DNA of 64,000 bases, taken from positions 4,442 through 68,441 of the forward strand of contig JAGCDO010000001.1 in assembly GCA_017651265.1 (NCBI GenBank). The letters run 5' to 3'. Position 1 is the stretch's first letter; every line of letters begins with the position of its first letter. Source of the DNA: Prevotella sp. (lineage in GTDB: Bacteria > Bacteroidota > Bacteroidia > Bacteroidales > Bacteroidaceae). Of the stretch, positions 35,199-42,905 are shown piece after piece. Under the pieces are notes generated by a model. The model made no database searches. It saw only the letters and a program-made list of their open reading frames with translations, and had not been told where the DNA came from. Position numbers and translations under genes: made by a program.

Positions 35199-35296
35199 TG
35201 GAGCAAAGACTTCTTTTCCTTTCCTACTTATTGAAGCAGGATGACATGAAAACAGAAACGCCTCCACGTAGGAGCTTTTATAAGCTCGCAGAACGA
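35199..35296 (-). ncRNA. Conserved ~100-nt leader element, copy A (candidate cis-regulatory RNA or small repeat element)
   Basis: It aligns along its length with 40017-40115. The shared core is TCCTACTTATnGAAGCAGGATGnCATGAnAACAGnnACGCCTCC. A downstream hairpin differs by compensatory changes (GAGCTT/AAGCTC here, GAACCC/GGGTTC there) and is followed by GCAGAAC in both. Confidence 0.4.
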
Positions 35297-35453
35297 TCAT
35301 CTGTCAACAATAACTGGGTGAAACAATGGACTATAAGAATTGTGCATGAAACGATGTTCATGTACTAGTAATACTTAATTATTGTCTTCTTATGTATATC
35401 ATGATACCATGAGGAACGATGCCTTGCCAATATTTCCCAGTCGAATTTCGGTG

Positions 35454-35485
35454 CAAAATTAATACTTATATATGATATAACCAAA
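35454..35485 (-). promoter_or_regulatory. Bacteroidota-type promoter (TTTG-N20-TAATTTTG) about 300 nt upstream of ydcF and the polysaccharide operon
   Basis: Plus strand reads CAAAATTA at 35454-35461 and CAAA at 35482-35485, with a 20-nt spacer. Confidence 0.5.
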
Positions 35486-35511
35486 TATTATTGGGGATAA
35501 TAGCGGTATCT

Positions 35512-36567
35512 TCAATCATCAGCTAGATTCATCTTTTTAATATGAATGAATCTTAAAAGTCTTCCAGATACGCTCCTGTCCATATTATCAATAAATGCAT
35601 CAAGAATGCGCACTTTTCCGTTTAAGGGGACGATATCATAATCTGCAATAATTGCCGGTATCAATGTGCTCGAACCTTGATGAAGCAAGATCTCGTCTCC
35701 GGTACTTCTTACTCGAATCTTGCAATCTCCTTCTATGCACATAGAGATGATAAAGCTGTCATACTTTAAAAGGTTACGATGGAAAGACCTTGTGAGTTCA
35801 ATGATACGAACATCAAAACACGGAGAGTCGACAACTTGAATGGCTTGGTCTTTTGACTCTTTGTAATCAGTTGTGTAGTTCTTTTCCACATGATAGTCGA
35901 GGGCTTTTGCTGCGAGATCGGTATGCAGCTCTCTGGGTTTGCCATCTAAGCCAAGACGATGATAGTCGTAGATACGGTATGTTACGTCAGATGACTGCTG
36001 AACCTCTGCCAACAAGATACCTCCACAAATGGCATGAACACGACCAGCAGGGAGGAAGAAGACATCACCGGCTTTGACTTGATGATCAGCAAGAACTTCT
36101 GTGATGGTTCCATCGGCTATTCTTTGGCGGTATTCCTCTGGGGTTATCTGTTTTTTGAATCCAGCATAAAGATGGCTGCCTTTATCTGCCTTGATGATAT
36201 ACCATACTTCAGACTTCCCCATTTTGCCATGTTCACGCATGGCCATCTCATCATTAGGATGAACCTGAATGCTAAGGTCTTGTTTGGCATCGATGAACTT
36301 TGCCAACAGGGGCAGCTGTCCGTGAAACGCTTTACTGACCTTCTTTCCTAATATTGGTTCTGGATATTCACTCGTAACAGAAATGATATCCCTGCCTGCC
36401 CATACTCCATTACTGATGATGCTCGGACTGCTGTCAACTGCACTTACTTCCCAACTTTCGCCAATAGGTTCACTGGAAGGTTCAAGACCTTTGTACGCCC
36501 TTAACTGGTTACCGCCCCATACAACGGTGTGTAGGTTAGGTTGGAAAAGTAATGGGTAGAAGTTCAT
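35512..36567 (-). CDS. manA: Mannose-6-phosphate isomerase, class I
   Basis: 351 aa. LSIQVHPNDEMA and GKSEVWYII zinc-ligand motifs, and the HAICGGILLAEVQQSSD block. Confidence 0.85.
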   Translation of the reverse strand: MNFYPLLFQPNLHTVVWGGNQLRAYKGLEPSSEPIGESWEVSAVDSSPSIISNGVWAGRDIISVTSEYPEPILGKKVSKAFHGQLPLLAKFIDAKQDLSIQVHPNDEMAMREHGKMGKSEVWYIIKADKGSHLYAGFKKQITPEEYRQRIADGTITEVLADHQVKAGDVFFLPAGRVHAICGGILLAEVQQSSDVTYRIYDYHRLGLDGKPRELHTDLAAKALDYHVEKNYTTDYKESKDQAIQVVDSPCFDVRIIELTRSFHRNLLKYDSFIISMCIEGDCKIRVRSTGDEILLHQGSSTLIPAIIADYDIVPLNGKVRILDAFIDNMDRSVSGRLLRFIHIKKMNLADD

Positions 36568-36641
36568 TATGTATCAGGATCGCCGATGGCGAGACATTGA
36601 ACAAAATTATAGTCAAAATTGAACAGAATAATTATTTTGCG

Positions 36642-36671
36642 GTCCCGATGAAATGGCGGAAATGGCAGAAA
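36642..36671. repeat. Solo arm of the CCCGCAGAAATGGC MITE family
   Basis: gtcccgatgaaatggcggaaatggcagaaa has no matching inverted partner nearby. Confidence 0.5.
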
Positions 36672-36782
36672 GATCTAGTGCATGTTTTGAGCATGGCAGG
36701 CATCAACGATGGTAATGGTGTCTCCTTCTATCGTATAGGCAAAGTACCACTTGTCGGTGTTGGCTTGATAATGTATTTCATA

Positions 36783-36956
36783 TCAGCCAACTGCGTAAAT
36801 GTCATCGATCTCCTTGGCTATGACATCATACAACTGCTCAGGTGTCATATCCCGGAATACTTTCTGGGATGGGTTGAACACGGTGGGAGCTGCTGGAGCG
36901 GGTTCCTTGAGGGAATCGCTCTGGGGCTCAATGGGTGGATAGGGTTTCTTTGGCAT
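36783..36956 (-). CDS. Small ORF (57 aa), possible antitoxin-like remnant
   Basis: MPKKPYPPIEPQSDSLKEPAPAAPTVFNPSQKVFRDMTPEQLYDVIAKEIDDIYAVG. It is followed by a frameshifted fragment (MKYIIKPT../..KWYFAYTIEGDTITIVDACHAQNMH*) that resembles the two ends of a ParE/RelE-type toxin. Confidence 0.2.
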   Translation of the reverse strand: MPKKPYPPIEPQSDSLKEPAPAAPTVFNPSQKVFRDMTPEQLYDVIAKEIDDIYAVG

Positions 36957-36991
36957 GATAGTAAATTCGGTCTAAGGGACTCGGGCAAAGG

Positions 36992-37582
36992 TCAAAGGGA
37001 GGGGTAGCGGCGTTGGATGACTTGCCAGTCGATGATCTGCCAGAGGGCGGTGAGATGGGCGGCACGACGGTTTTGGTAGTCCAGATAGTAGGCGTGCTCC
37101 CAGACATCGAAGGTGAGGAGAGGGGTGAGACCTTTTGCGATTGGGTTGGACGCTCCTGGCTCCTGGGTGATGACCAAGGTTCCATCTGCTTCTGCTGACA
37201 GCCATACCCAGCCTGAGCCGAAAAGACTGACGCCCTTTGACTCAAAGTCGGTCTTGAAGGCATCTATACTACCCCACTGCTTGATGATCTGTGCGGCAAG
37301 GGCACCTGTGGGTTCGTGGGCTGCGTCGCTGACTGCACGGAACTGTTTGAAATACAGCTCGTGGTTGAGTATCTGACCGGCATTGTTGAAGATGGCTCCG
37401 GCGGGAGCATTTTTCACGATGTCTTCAAGTGACATGCCTTCGTACTCACTCCCCGGGAGGAGCTTATTGAGGTTATCTACGTAGGCCTGCAGGTGCTTGC
37501 CATGATGAAACGACAGGGTCTGGGCACTGATCACAGGATCTAATGCTTCCTGCTGATACGGAAGGTTGAGTAATGTAAACAT
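36992..37582 (-). CDS. sod: Fe/Mn superoxide dismutase
   Basis: 196 aa from the ATG at 37582 (MFTLLNLPY..). SFHHGKHLQAYVDNLN, AGQILNHELYF and DVWEHAYYLDYQNRR metal-ligand motifs. The listed 299-aa ORF has a Pro/Ser-rich extension that overlaps the upstream gene. Confidence 0.9.
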   Translation of the reverse strand: MFTLLNLPYQQEALDPVISAQTLSFHHGKHLQAYVDNLNKLLPGSEYEGMSLEDIVKNAPAGAIFNNAGQILNHELYFKQFRAVSDAAHEPTGALAAQIIKQWGSIDAFKTDFESKGVSLFGSGWVWLSAEADGTLVITQEPGASNPIAKGLTPLLTFDVWEHAYYLDYQNRRAAHLTALWQIIDWQVIQRRYPSL

Positions 37583-37598
37583 ATCGGTAAGGTTTAAG

Positions 37599-38378
37599 TT
37601 ATGTTGTGGGACCGGTGTAGGTTTGTTTGACGGCCTCGTAGCTCTCGAGGGTGCCGATGTCGTAACGGTGACCGGGCATCTCGTAGGTATAGACGGTGGT
37701 CTGGGTGGAGAGCCAGGCGATGAAGCTGCCGGGGGCGTCGACGCCACAGCCGCTGTCGATGCCTTTCTTGATGAGTCGGGCGTCTTGACGGGTGTAGTAG
37801 TAGAAGGCAGGGATGCACCAGTGGCTCTTGGGGTTGGCGGGTTTCTCCTCCATGGAGAGGATACGTCCGTCGGCATCGATCTCGGCGACACCGGTCTTGT
37901 GCAACCGTGCCTCGTCGTGCTCGTAGTAGCGCATCACACAGGTGACGTTCTTCTCTTTGGCAAAACGGATGAAGTGACCCAAGCTGAAGTCGAGGAGGTT
38001 GTCGCCGGCCATGACGAGGAGGTCATCGTCTAAGTGGAGCTGGTCGATGGCGAACTGGATGTCCTTCACGGCGCCGAGACGAGATTCATTGGACGACGTT
38101 CCGTCGTCCAAAACTTTGAACTTTGCGCTCGGCTCTGCCGCTTTGCTCTGCAAAGAACTTTGAACTTTGAACTTTAATTCGGCCCACTGTGCAAAGATGG
38201 GGGCGAACTTGTGGTTGCTGATGATGATGTATTCATCGATGAGTCCGGTTTGGGACATGTCGTCGATGAGCCAGTCGAGGATGGGCTTGCCTGCTACTTC
38301 CAGCAGGGGCTTGGGGAAGTTCTGGGTTAGGGGGTATAGGCGGGTTGCATATCCCGCTGCTAATATAACACATTTCAT
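37599..38378 (-). CDS. NDP-sugar pyrophosphorylase (sugar-1-phosphate nucleotidyltransferase)
   Basis: 259 aa. MKCVILAAGYATRLYPLTQNFPKPLL (G-x-G-x-R loop) and VMAGDNL. It carries an in-frame repeat insert (ELKFKVQSSLQSKAAEPSAKFKVL). Confidence 0.8.
   Translation of the reverse strand: MKCVILAAGYATRLYPLTQNFPKPLLEVAGKPILDWLIDDMSQTGLIDEYIIISNHKFAPIFAQWAELKFKVQSSLQSKAAEPSAKFKVLDDGTSSNESRLGAVKDIQFAIDQLHLDDDLLVMAGDNLLDFSLGHFIRFAKEKNVTCVMRYYEHDEARLHKTGVAEIDADGRILSMEEKPANPKSHWCIPAFYYYTRQDARLIKKGIDSGCGVDAPGSFIAWLSTQTTVYTYEMPGHRYDIGTLESYEAVKQTYTGPTT
38110..38176 (-). repeat. In-frame composite repeat insert inside the nucleotidyltransferase CDS
   Basis: The sense strand reads AAAGTTCAAAGTTCAAAGTTC-tttgcagagcaaagcggcagagccgagcgc-AAAGTTCAAAGTTTT. 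Confidence 0.7.
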
Positions 38379-38430
38379 CTTATCAAATTGTAAAATGGTT
38401 TATGTCACACAGAAAACAGGTTTTTTATTA

Positions 38431-38635
38431 CGCACACAGATCTTAACCATCTTCACAGATATGGAGTATATACATTGGTAACTAAAACCTGTGAGATCTG
38501 TGAGATCTATGGGATCTATGAGGGTAAAGAGTGACTTTTCATTCGCACACAGATCTTAACCATCTTCACAGATATGGGGTATACACATGGTAACTATGAA
38601 TCTGTGGGATCTGTGAGATCTGTGTGAGGTTAAAA
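38431..38635. mobile_element. Two tandem ~95-bp MITE-like units with CACACAGATCT / AGATCTGTG arms
   Basis: Units at 38431-38527 and 38543-38635 share cgCACACAGATCTTAACCATCTTCACAGATATGGrGTATAyACAT.GGTAACTA...CTGTGrGATCTGTGAGATCT. GTGTGAGGTTAAA recurs three times (38621-38678), and the last copy supplies the kinase stop codon. Confidence 0.6.
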
Positions 38636-38674
38636 ATACTATCAGTGTGAGGTTAAAAAAAAGTCTGTGTGAGG

Positions 38675-39856
38675 TTAAAGGGTTACGCCGTTGGCGCTGT
38701 CGCAGATATACACTTGATACTTATCTTTCAGATGGGGGAAGGAGGTGAGGTAGAGGTTGGTGACGTGGCGGGTGATGGATTCTTCGTAGGCGGGATCGAT
38801 GAGGGCCATGCAGCAGCCCTTGAAACCGGCGCCGGAGAAACGACCGCCATAGATGCCATCGGTTTGGGTCATGATCTCGTAGAGACGGATCTGCTCGGGG
38901 GCACCTGACTCCCAGTTATGGATGCTGCTCCAACCGGATTCGAAGGAGAGCTTGCCGTAGGTCTCGATATCGCCTCGGCGCCATGCCTCGGCTCCTTTCT
39001 CCACACGATCGAACTCGGTGTACCAGTGCTCACAACGCTTGGCCCAGGGATCGGGCAGACGGTTCTTGTACTGCTCGTAGATCTCACAGGGGACATTACG
39101 GGCATTGGCCTCGTTGAACTTTCCGTACTCCATACCGGCAAGGGCCTGGAGGGCATAGACGCCTGCACGGAGCTCATCGACACGCATGTTGTATTTGGAG
39201 CCCGCCAGACTGTGTTCCAGTCCAGAGAAAAAGATGGCGATCTTGTAGGGTTTCATCGCGGGGTGCTGCGGAATCAGCTCGTAATGGTTGTCCTTGGTAT
39301 CGAGATAGAGCAGGTGGTTCTTCTTACTGAGCACCTCGCAGCTCTGATCGAGCTTACCCACGCTGACTCCCACGTAGTTGAGCTCGGCATCGTAGGCGAT
39401 ATCGATGATCTCCTGCTGGGAGAGCTGGATATTGTTCACCTTACAGAGGGCGGTGAGGAAGCTGATGATGACGGCCGCACTAGAGGAGAGCCCGCCAATG
39501 GGCAGGGAACCCTCGATGACACCACAGAGGCCCACTGACAGTCGGTGCTGCTTAGACAGCGACAGGGTGGCTCCACGGAGGTAGTCGGCCCAGTCGTTCT
39601 GCTTCTGCGCAGGTACGGAGGCGATATGCCACTGAGCTCGTTTGGGGAACTGCAGGGAGGCCATCTCCACTACCCCATTCTGCTTGGGGGAATAGGCGAT
39701 GTGGATACCTTTGTCGATGGCCAGACCAGTGATCTTTCCGAGGTTATGGTCGGAATGGGCACCAATGGGACAGATACGGTAGGGACAGAACGCGGTGCCT
39801 TCGGGGTCACGTTTGTATATCTCAAAGAATTTGTTTACGCAATTCATATATCTCAC
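38675..39856 (-). CDS. GHMP-family sugar-1-kinase (galactokinase family; substrate uncertain)
   Basis: 393 aa. The GHMP ATP motif is LPIGGLSSSAAV. The N-terminal YRICPIGAHSDHNLG is a variant of the galactokinase signature. Confidence 0.75.
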   Translation of the reverse strand: MRYMNCVNKFFEIYKRDPEGTAFCPYRICPIGAHSDHNLGKITGLAIDKGIHIAYSPKQNGVVEMASLQFPKRAQWHIASVPAQKQNDWADYLRGATLSLSKQHRLSVGLCGVIEGSLPIGGLSSSAAVIISFLTALCKVNNIQLSQQEIIDIAYDAELNYVGVSVGKLDQSCEVLSKKNHLLYLDTKDNHYELIPQHPAMKPYKIAIFFSGLEHSLAGSKYNMRVDELRAGVYALQALAGMEYGKFNEANARNVPCEIYEQYKNRLPDPWAKRCEHWYTEFDRVEKGAEAWRRGDIETYGKLSFESGWSSIHNWESGAPEQIRLYEIMTQTDGIYGGRFSGAGFKGCCMALIDPAYEESITRHVTNLYLTSFPHLKDKYQVYICDSANGVTL

Positions 39857-39871
39857 ACAGAAAACAGATTA

Positions 39872-39895
39872 AACCTCACACAGATCTCACAGATC
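39872..39895. repeat. 24-bp perfect inverted-repeat partner of 38608-38631
   Basis: AACCTCACACAGATCTCACAGATC is the exact reverse complement of GATCTGTGAGATCTGTGTGAGGTT at 38608-38631. Confidence 0.85.
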
Positions 39896-40016
39896 TCACA
39901 GATTATTAAAATGTCCCGCTGAAATAACAGAAAGGACAGAAAGGATTTATCTTTAGAAAGAAATTTGTATAATTAAAATAATTATACCACAAATGATTAT
40001 TTTGGCTTTACAGCCG

Positions 40017-40115
40017 GGAGGCGCAGACATACTTTTTTTATCCTACTTATGGAAGCAGGATGGCATGACAAACAGGTACGCCTCCGCATGGGAACCCGAT
40101 GGGTTCGCAGAACAA
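40017..40115 (-). ncRNA. Conserved ~100-nt leader element, copy B
   Basis: See 35199-35296. Here a long-range GGAGGCG (40018-40024) / CGCCTCC (40080-40086) pairing can enclose the ATCCT..AGGAT hairpin. It lies 13 nt downstream of the promoter at 40131-40162. Confidence 0.4.
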
Positions 40116-40130
40116 TACTTATTTTGGATG

Positions 40131-40162
40131 CAAAATTAGTATAATTTTGGGAGAATGCCAAA
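40131..40162 (-). promoter_or_regulatory. Bacteroidota-type promoter (TTTG-N20-TAATTTTG) for the kinase, nucleotidyltransferase and sod operon
   Basis: Plus strand reads CAAAATTA at 40131-40138 and CAAA at 40159-40162, with a 20-nt spacer. The spacer shares TGGGAGAATGCCAAA with the GH3 promoter. Confidence 0.5.
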
Positions 40163-40248
40163 TAAATAAAGGGAAGAAACGGAAAAGAAGGGAAAAACAG
40201 AAAGGTTTTTGTGGTTTGGTCACACAGATAACTGTTTTTTTTATTATT

Positions 40249-40523
40249 TCCCGCAGAAATAGCAGAAATCGCAGAAAGACCATGCGGTATGAAGCATTTT
40301 TCAGATTTATAGATGTTACTTGAAGTTTATTGAAAATGTATTTTCATAAGACTTCATGAAACCTCTATTTGTATATTCTATGAATATAGCCAACCACTCC
40401 GTGGTTACAATCTGAAAAAATATCTGCCATTTCTGCGATCTGACTATCGTCTTCCTCCTCCTCGCTCGACAAAGCTTATACAAGTATCACTTTGTTCTCG
40501 CTCGTTCGTCGGTTCTGCGGGAC
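40249..40523. mobile_element. MITE of the CCCGCAGAAAT family, enlarged by internal insertions
   Basis: The left arm is TCCCGCAGAAATAGCAGAAATCGCAGAAAG (40249-40278). The right arm is split into CTGCCATTTCTGCGAT (to 40439) and TTCTGCGGGAC (40513-40523) by about 73 bp. The interior is homologous to the 43026-43171 copy plus an extra ~60 bp. Confidence 0.6.
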
Positions 40524-40529
40524 ATAAAA

Positions 40530-41849
40530 CTAATCGCGGCGGAAGAGGTCGCGGGTGTAGACCTTGGACTCTACGTCGTCGAGGACGGAATCGTAGCGGT
40601 TGGCGATGATGGCATCGCTCTGGGCCTTGAACTTGGCAAGGTCGTTCACCACAAGACTGCCGAAGAAGGTGGTGCCGTCCTGGAGGGTGGGCTCATAGAT
40701 GATGACCGTGGCTCCCTTGGCCTTGATGCGCTTCATGACACCCTGGATGCTGCTCTGACGGAAGTTGTCGGAGTTGGACTTCATGGTGAGACGGAACACG
40801 CCGATGGTGACCTGCTTCTCCACGGCCTGGTCGTAGCGACTGCCCGTGGTATAGTCGTAGTAACCGGCCTTCTTCAGCACCTGGTCGGCAATGAAATCCT
40901 TACGGGTGCGGTTACTCTCGACAATGGCCGACATCATCTGCTGCGGCACATCCTCGTAGTTGGCCAACAGCTGCTTCGTGTCCTTGGGCAGACAGTAGCC
41001 ACCATAGCCGAACGACGGGTTGTTATAGTGTGTACCGATACGCGGATCGAGTCCGATACCCTGAATAATAGCCTGGGAATCCAGTCCTTTTACCTCGGCA
41101 TAGGTGTCGAGTTCGTTGAAATAACTCACACGCAGGGCGAGATAAGTATTGGCGAAGAGCTTCACAGCCTCGGCCTCTTTCATGCCCATGAAAAGAACGG
41201 GAATTCCCTTATCAGCGTTCTCGGGATGACCGATGGCGCCTTCGACCAAGAGGGAGGCGAAAGTCTCGGCAGCCTTCTTCATCTTCTCCACATCGGTAAC
41301 CTTGCGGATGGCCTCGTTCTCCTCTTTATAGCCGCTGATTTCCTTGGGATAGCCCACGATGATGCGCGAGGGATAGAGGTTGTCGTACAAGGCCTTACTC
41401 TCACGAAGGAACTCGGGAGAGAAGAGGAGGTTGAACTGCTTGACTCCCTTCTGGGCGTACTTGAGGTACAGACTGCGACAGTAACCCACGGGGATGGTGC
41501 TCTTGATGACCATCACGGCATTGGGGTTCACCGAAAGGACCAGATTGATAACATCCTCGATGTGATGGGTGTCGAAGAAGTTCCGCAAGGGGTCGTAGTT
41601 GGTGGGTGCGGCTATGACGACATAGTCGGCATCCTTATAGGCCGCAGCACCATCGAGGGTGGCGGTGAGGTTGAGCTCCTTCTCGGCGAGATACTTCTCG
41701 ATGTAGTCGTCCTGAATGGGGGAACGACGGTTGTTGATCATGTCAACCTTCTCGGGGATGACATCTACTGCTGTTACTTGATTGTGTTGGGAGAGTAATG
41801 TCGCTATGGATAGGCCGACATACCCTGTTCCTGCTACTGCTATTTTCAT
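40530..41849 (-). CDS. ugd: UDP-glucose 6-dehydrogenase (nucleotide-sugar dehydrogenase family)
   Basis: 439 aa. [14 protein letters not shown] Rossmann start and the catalytic [11 protein letters not shown]. Confidence 0.85.
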   Translation of the reverse strand: MKIAVAGTGYVGLSIATLLSQHNQVTAVDVIPEKVDMINNRRSPIQDDYIEKYLAEKELNLTATLDGAAAYKDADYVVIAAPTNYDPLRNFFDTHHIEDVINLVLSVNPNAVMVIKSTIPVGYCRSLYLKYAQKGVKQFNLLFSPEFLRESKALYDNLYPSRIIVGYPKEISGYKEENEAIRKVTDVEKMKKAAETFASLLVEGAIGHPENADKGIPVLFMGMKEAEAVKLFANTYLALRVSYFNELDTYAEVKGLDSQAIIQGIGLDPRIGTHYNNPSFGYGGYCLPKDTKQLLANYEDVPQQMMSAIVESNRTRKDFIADQVLKKAGYYDYTTGSRYDQAVEKQVTIGVFRLTMKSNSDNFRQSSIQGVMKRIKAKGATVIIYEPTLQDGTTFFGSLVVNDLAKFKAQSDAIIANRYDSVLDDVESKVYTRDLFRRD

Positions 41850-41854
41850 CTTTT

Positions 41855-41882
41855 AACTATGAACTATGAACTATGAACTTTA
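41855..41882 (-). repeat. Heptamer array (sense CATAGTT x3) filling the fmt-ugd intercistronic spacer
   Basis: Plus strand reads aactatg aactatg aactatg aacttta. It runs from the fmt stop (41880-41882) to 5 nt before the ugd ATG (41849). Confidence 0.8.
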
Positions 41883-42866
41883 ATAGAGGGCGCAGCCCTG
41901 AAGAGCGCGGAATCCATTGAGGAAGTCACGGGCGGACATGCGTTTCTTGCCTGTGAGCTGGAGCTCCAGGAGTTCCAGGAGTTCGCCTTGTACCGCTACG
42001 TACAGATGCTTGTTCTCTTCTTTGAGTGCGCCTGTTGCCAGACTGGTGGTGAGGGCGGTTTTGGCGGTCTTGAAGATCTTCAGGACCGTACGCTTACCGT
42101 CTTCTGAGACAAGGGTGGTCCATGCACCGGGATAGGGAGAGAGACCGCGGATGAAGTCGTACACTTGCTTGGCCGACTGCTCCCAGTTGATCTCGCAGGT
42201 CTCCTTGAAGATCTTCGGGGCGGGATGGAGCTCCTTGTTCGTGTTGTCTTCCTGGGAGAGCTGTTCCTGAGCGATGGTGTTCACCTGACCGTCATGATCG
42301 ATGATCAGGTTGACGGTGTCGAGACAGATCTCTGCTCCGAGGTGCATCAAGGCATCATAGACATACTCCACATCGGCCTCATCGGGGATGGACATCGGTT
42401 TCTGCAGGATGATCCTGCCCGTGTCGATCTCATAGTCGAGGAAGAAGGTGGTGACACCTGTGGTGGTCTCGCCGTTGATGATGGCCCAGTTGATGGGTGC
42501 TGCCCCACGGTACTGCGGTAACAGGGAGGCATGGACATTAAAGGTGCCGAAGCGGGGCATGGCCCATACCACCTCGGGAAGCATGCGGAAAGCCACCACG
42601 ATCTGGAGGTCGGCTTGATAGCTGCGCAGTTCCTCCACGAAGGCGGGATCCTTCATCTTTACCGGTTGCAGTACGGGGATTCCGTGTGCCAGGGCATACT
42701 TCTTCACCTCCGGGGGTTGAAGGGTGTCCTGATGGCGTCCCACGGGCTTATCGGGCTGGGTGACAACCGCCACGACATTGTAGTGGTTCTCCACCAGGGC
42801 TTGCAGGGTTCCCACCGCGAACTCGGGGGTTCCCATGAATACGATTCTGAGGTCTTCTTTTATCAT
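41880..42866 (-). CDS. fmt: Methionyl-tRNA formyltransferase
   Basis: 328 aa. LRIVFMGTPEFAV, NVHASLLPQYRGAAPINWAIING. Confidence 0.9.
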   Translation of the reverse strand: MIKEDLRIVFMGTPEFAVGTLQALVENHYNVVAVVTQPDKPVGRHQDTLQPPEVKKYALAHGIPVLQPVKMKDPAFVEELRSYQADLQIVVAFRMLPEVVWAMPRFGTFNVHASLLPQYRGAAPINWAIINGETTTGVTTFFLDYEIDTGRIILQKPMSIPDEADVEYVYDALMHLGAEICLDTVNLIIDHDGQVNTIAQEQLSQEDNTNKELHPAPKIFKETCEINWEQSAKQVYDFIRGLSPYPGAWTTLVSEDGKRTVLKIFKTAKTALTTSLATGALKEENKHLYVAVQGELLELLELQLTGKKRMSARDFLNGFRALQGCALY

Positions 42867-42873
42867 CTGGGTG

Positions 42874-42905
42874 CAAAGTTACGATTAAGTGAGCGAAAAA
42901 CCAAA
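42874..42905 (-). promoter_or_regulatory. Bacteroidota-type promoter (TTTG-N20-TAACTTTG) ending 7 nt from the fmt ATG
   Basis: Plus strand reads CAAAGTTA at 42874-42881 and CAAA at 42902-42905, with a 20-nt spacer. This implies a leaderless or near-leaderless fmt mRNA. Confidence 0.4.

Noticed and set aside
36552-37007. 151-aa plus-strand ORF between manA and sod. ORFs 3937-4266, 40099-40323 and 42994-43401 are similar cases.
   Set aside because: They span MITE and repeat sequence or overlap better-supported minus-strand features. No domain signals were seen.
37583-37891. N-terminal 103-aa extension of the superoxide dismutase ORF.
   Set aside because: It is Pro/Ser/Thr/Ala-rich and overlaps the 3' end of the nucleotidyltransferase CDS in another frame. 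The SOD family sequence begins at the ATG at 37582 (MFTLLNLPY).
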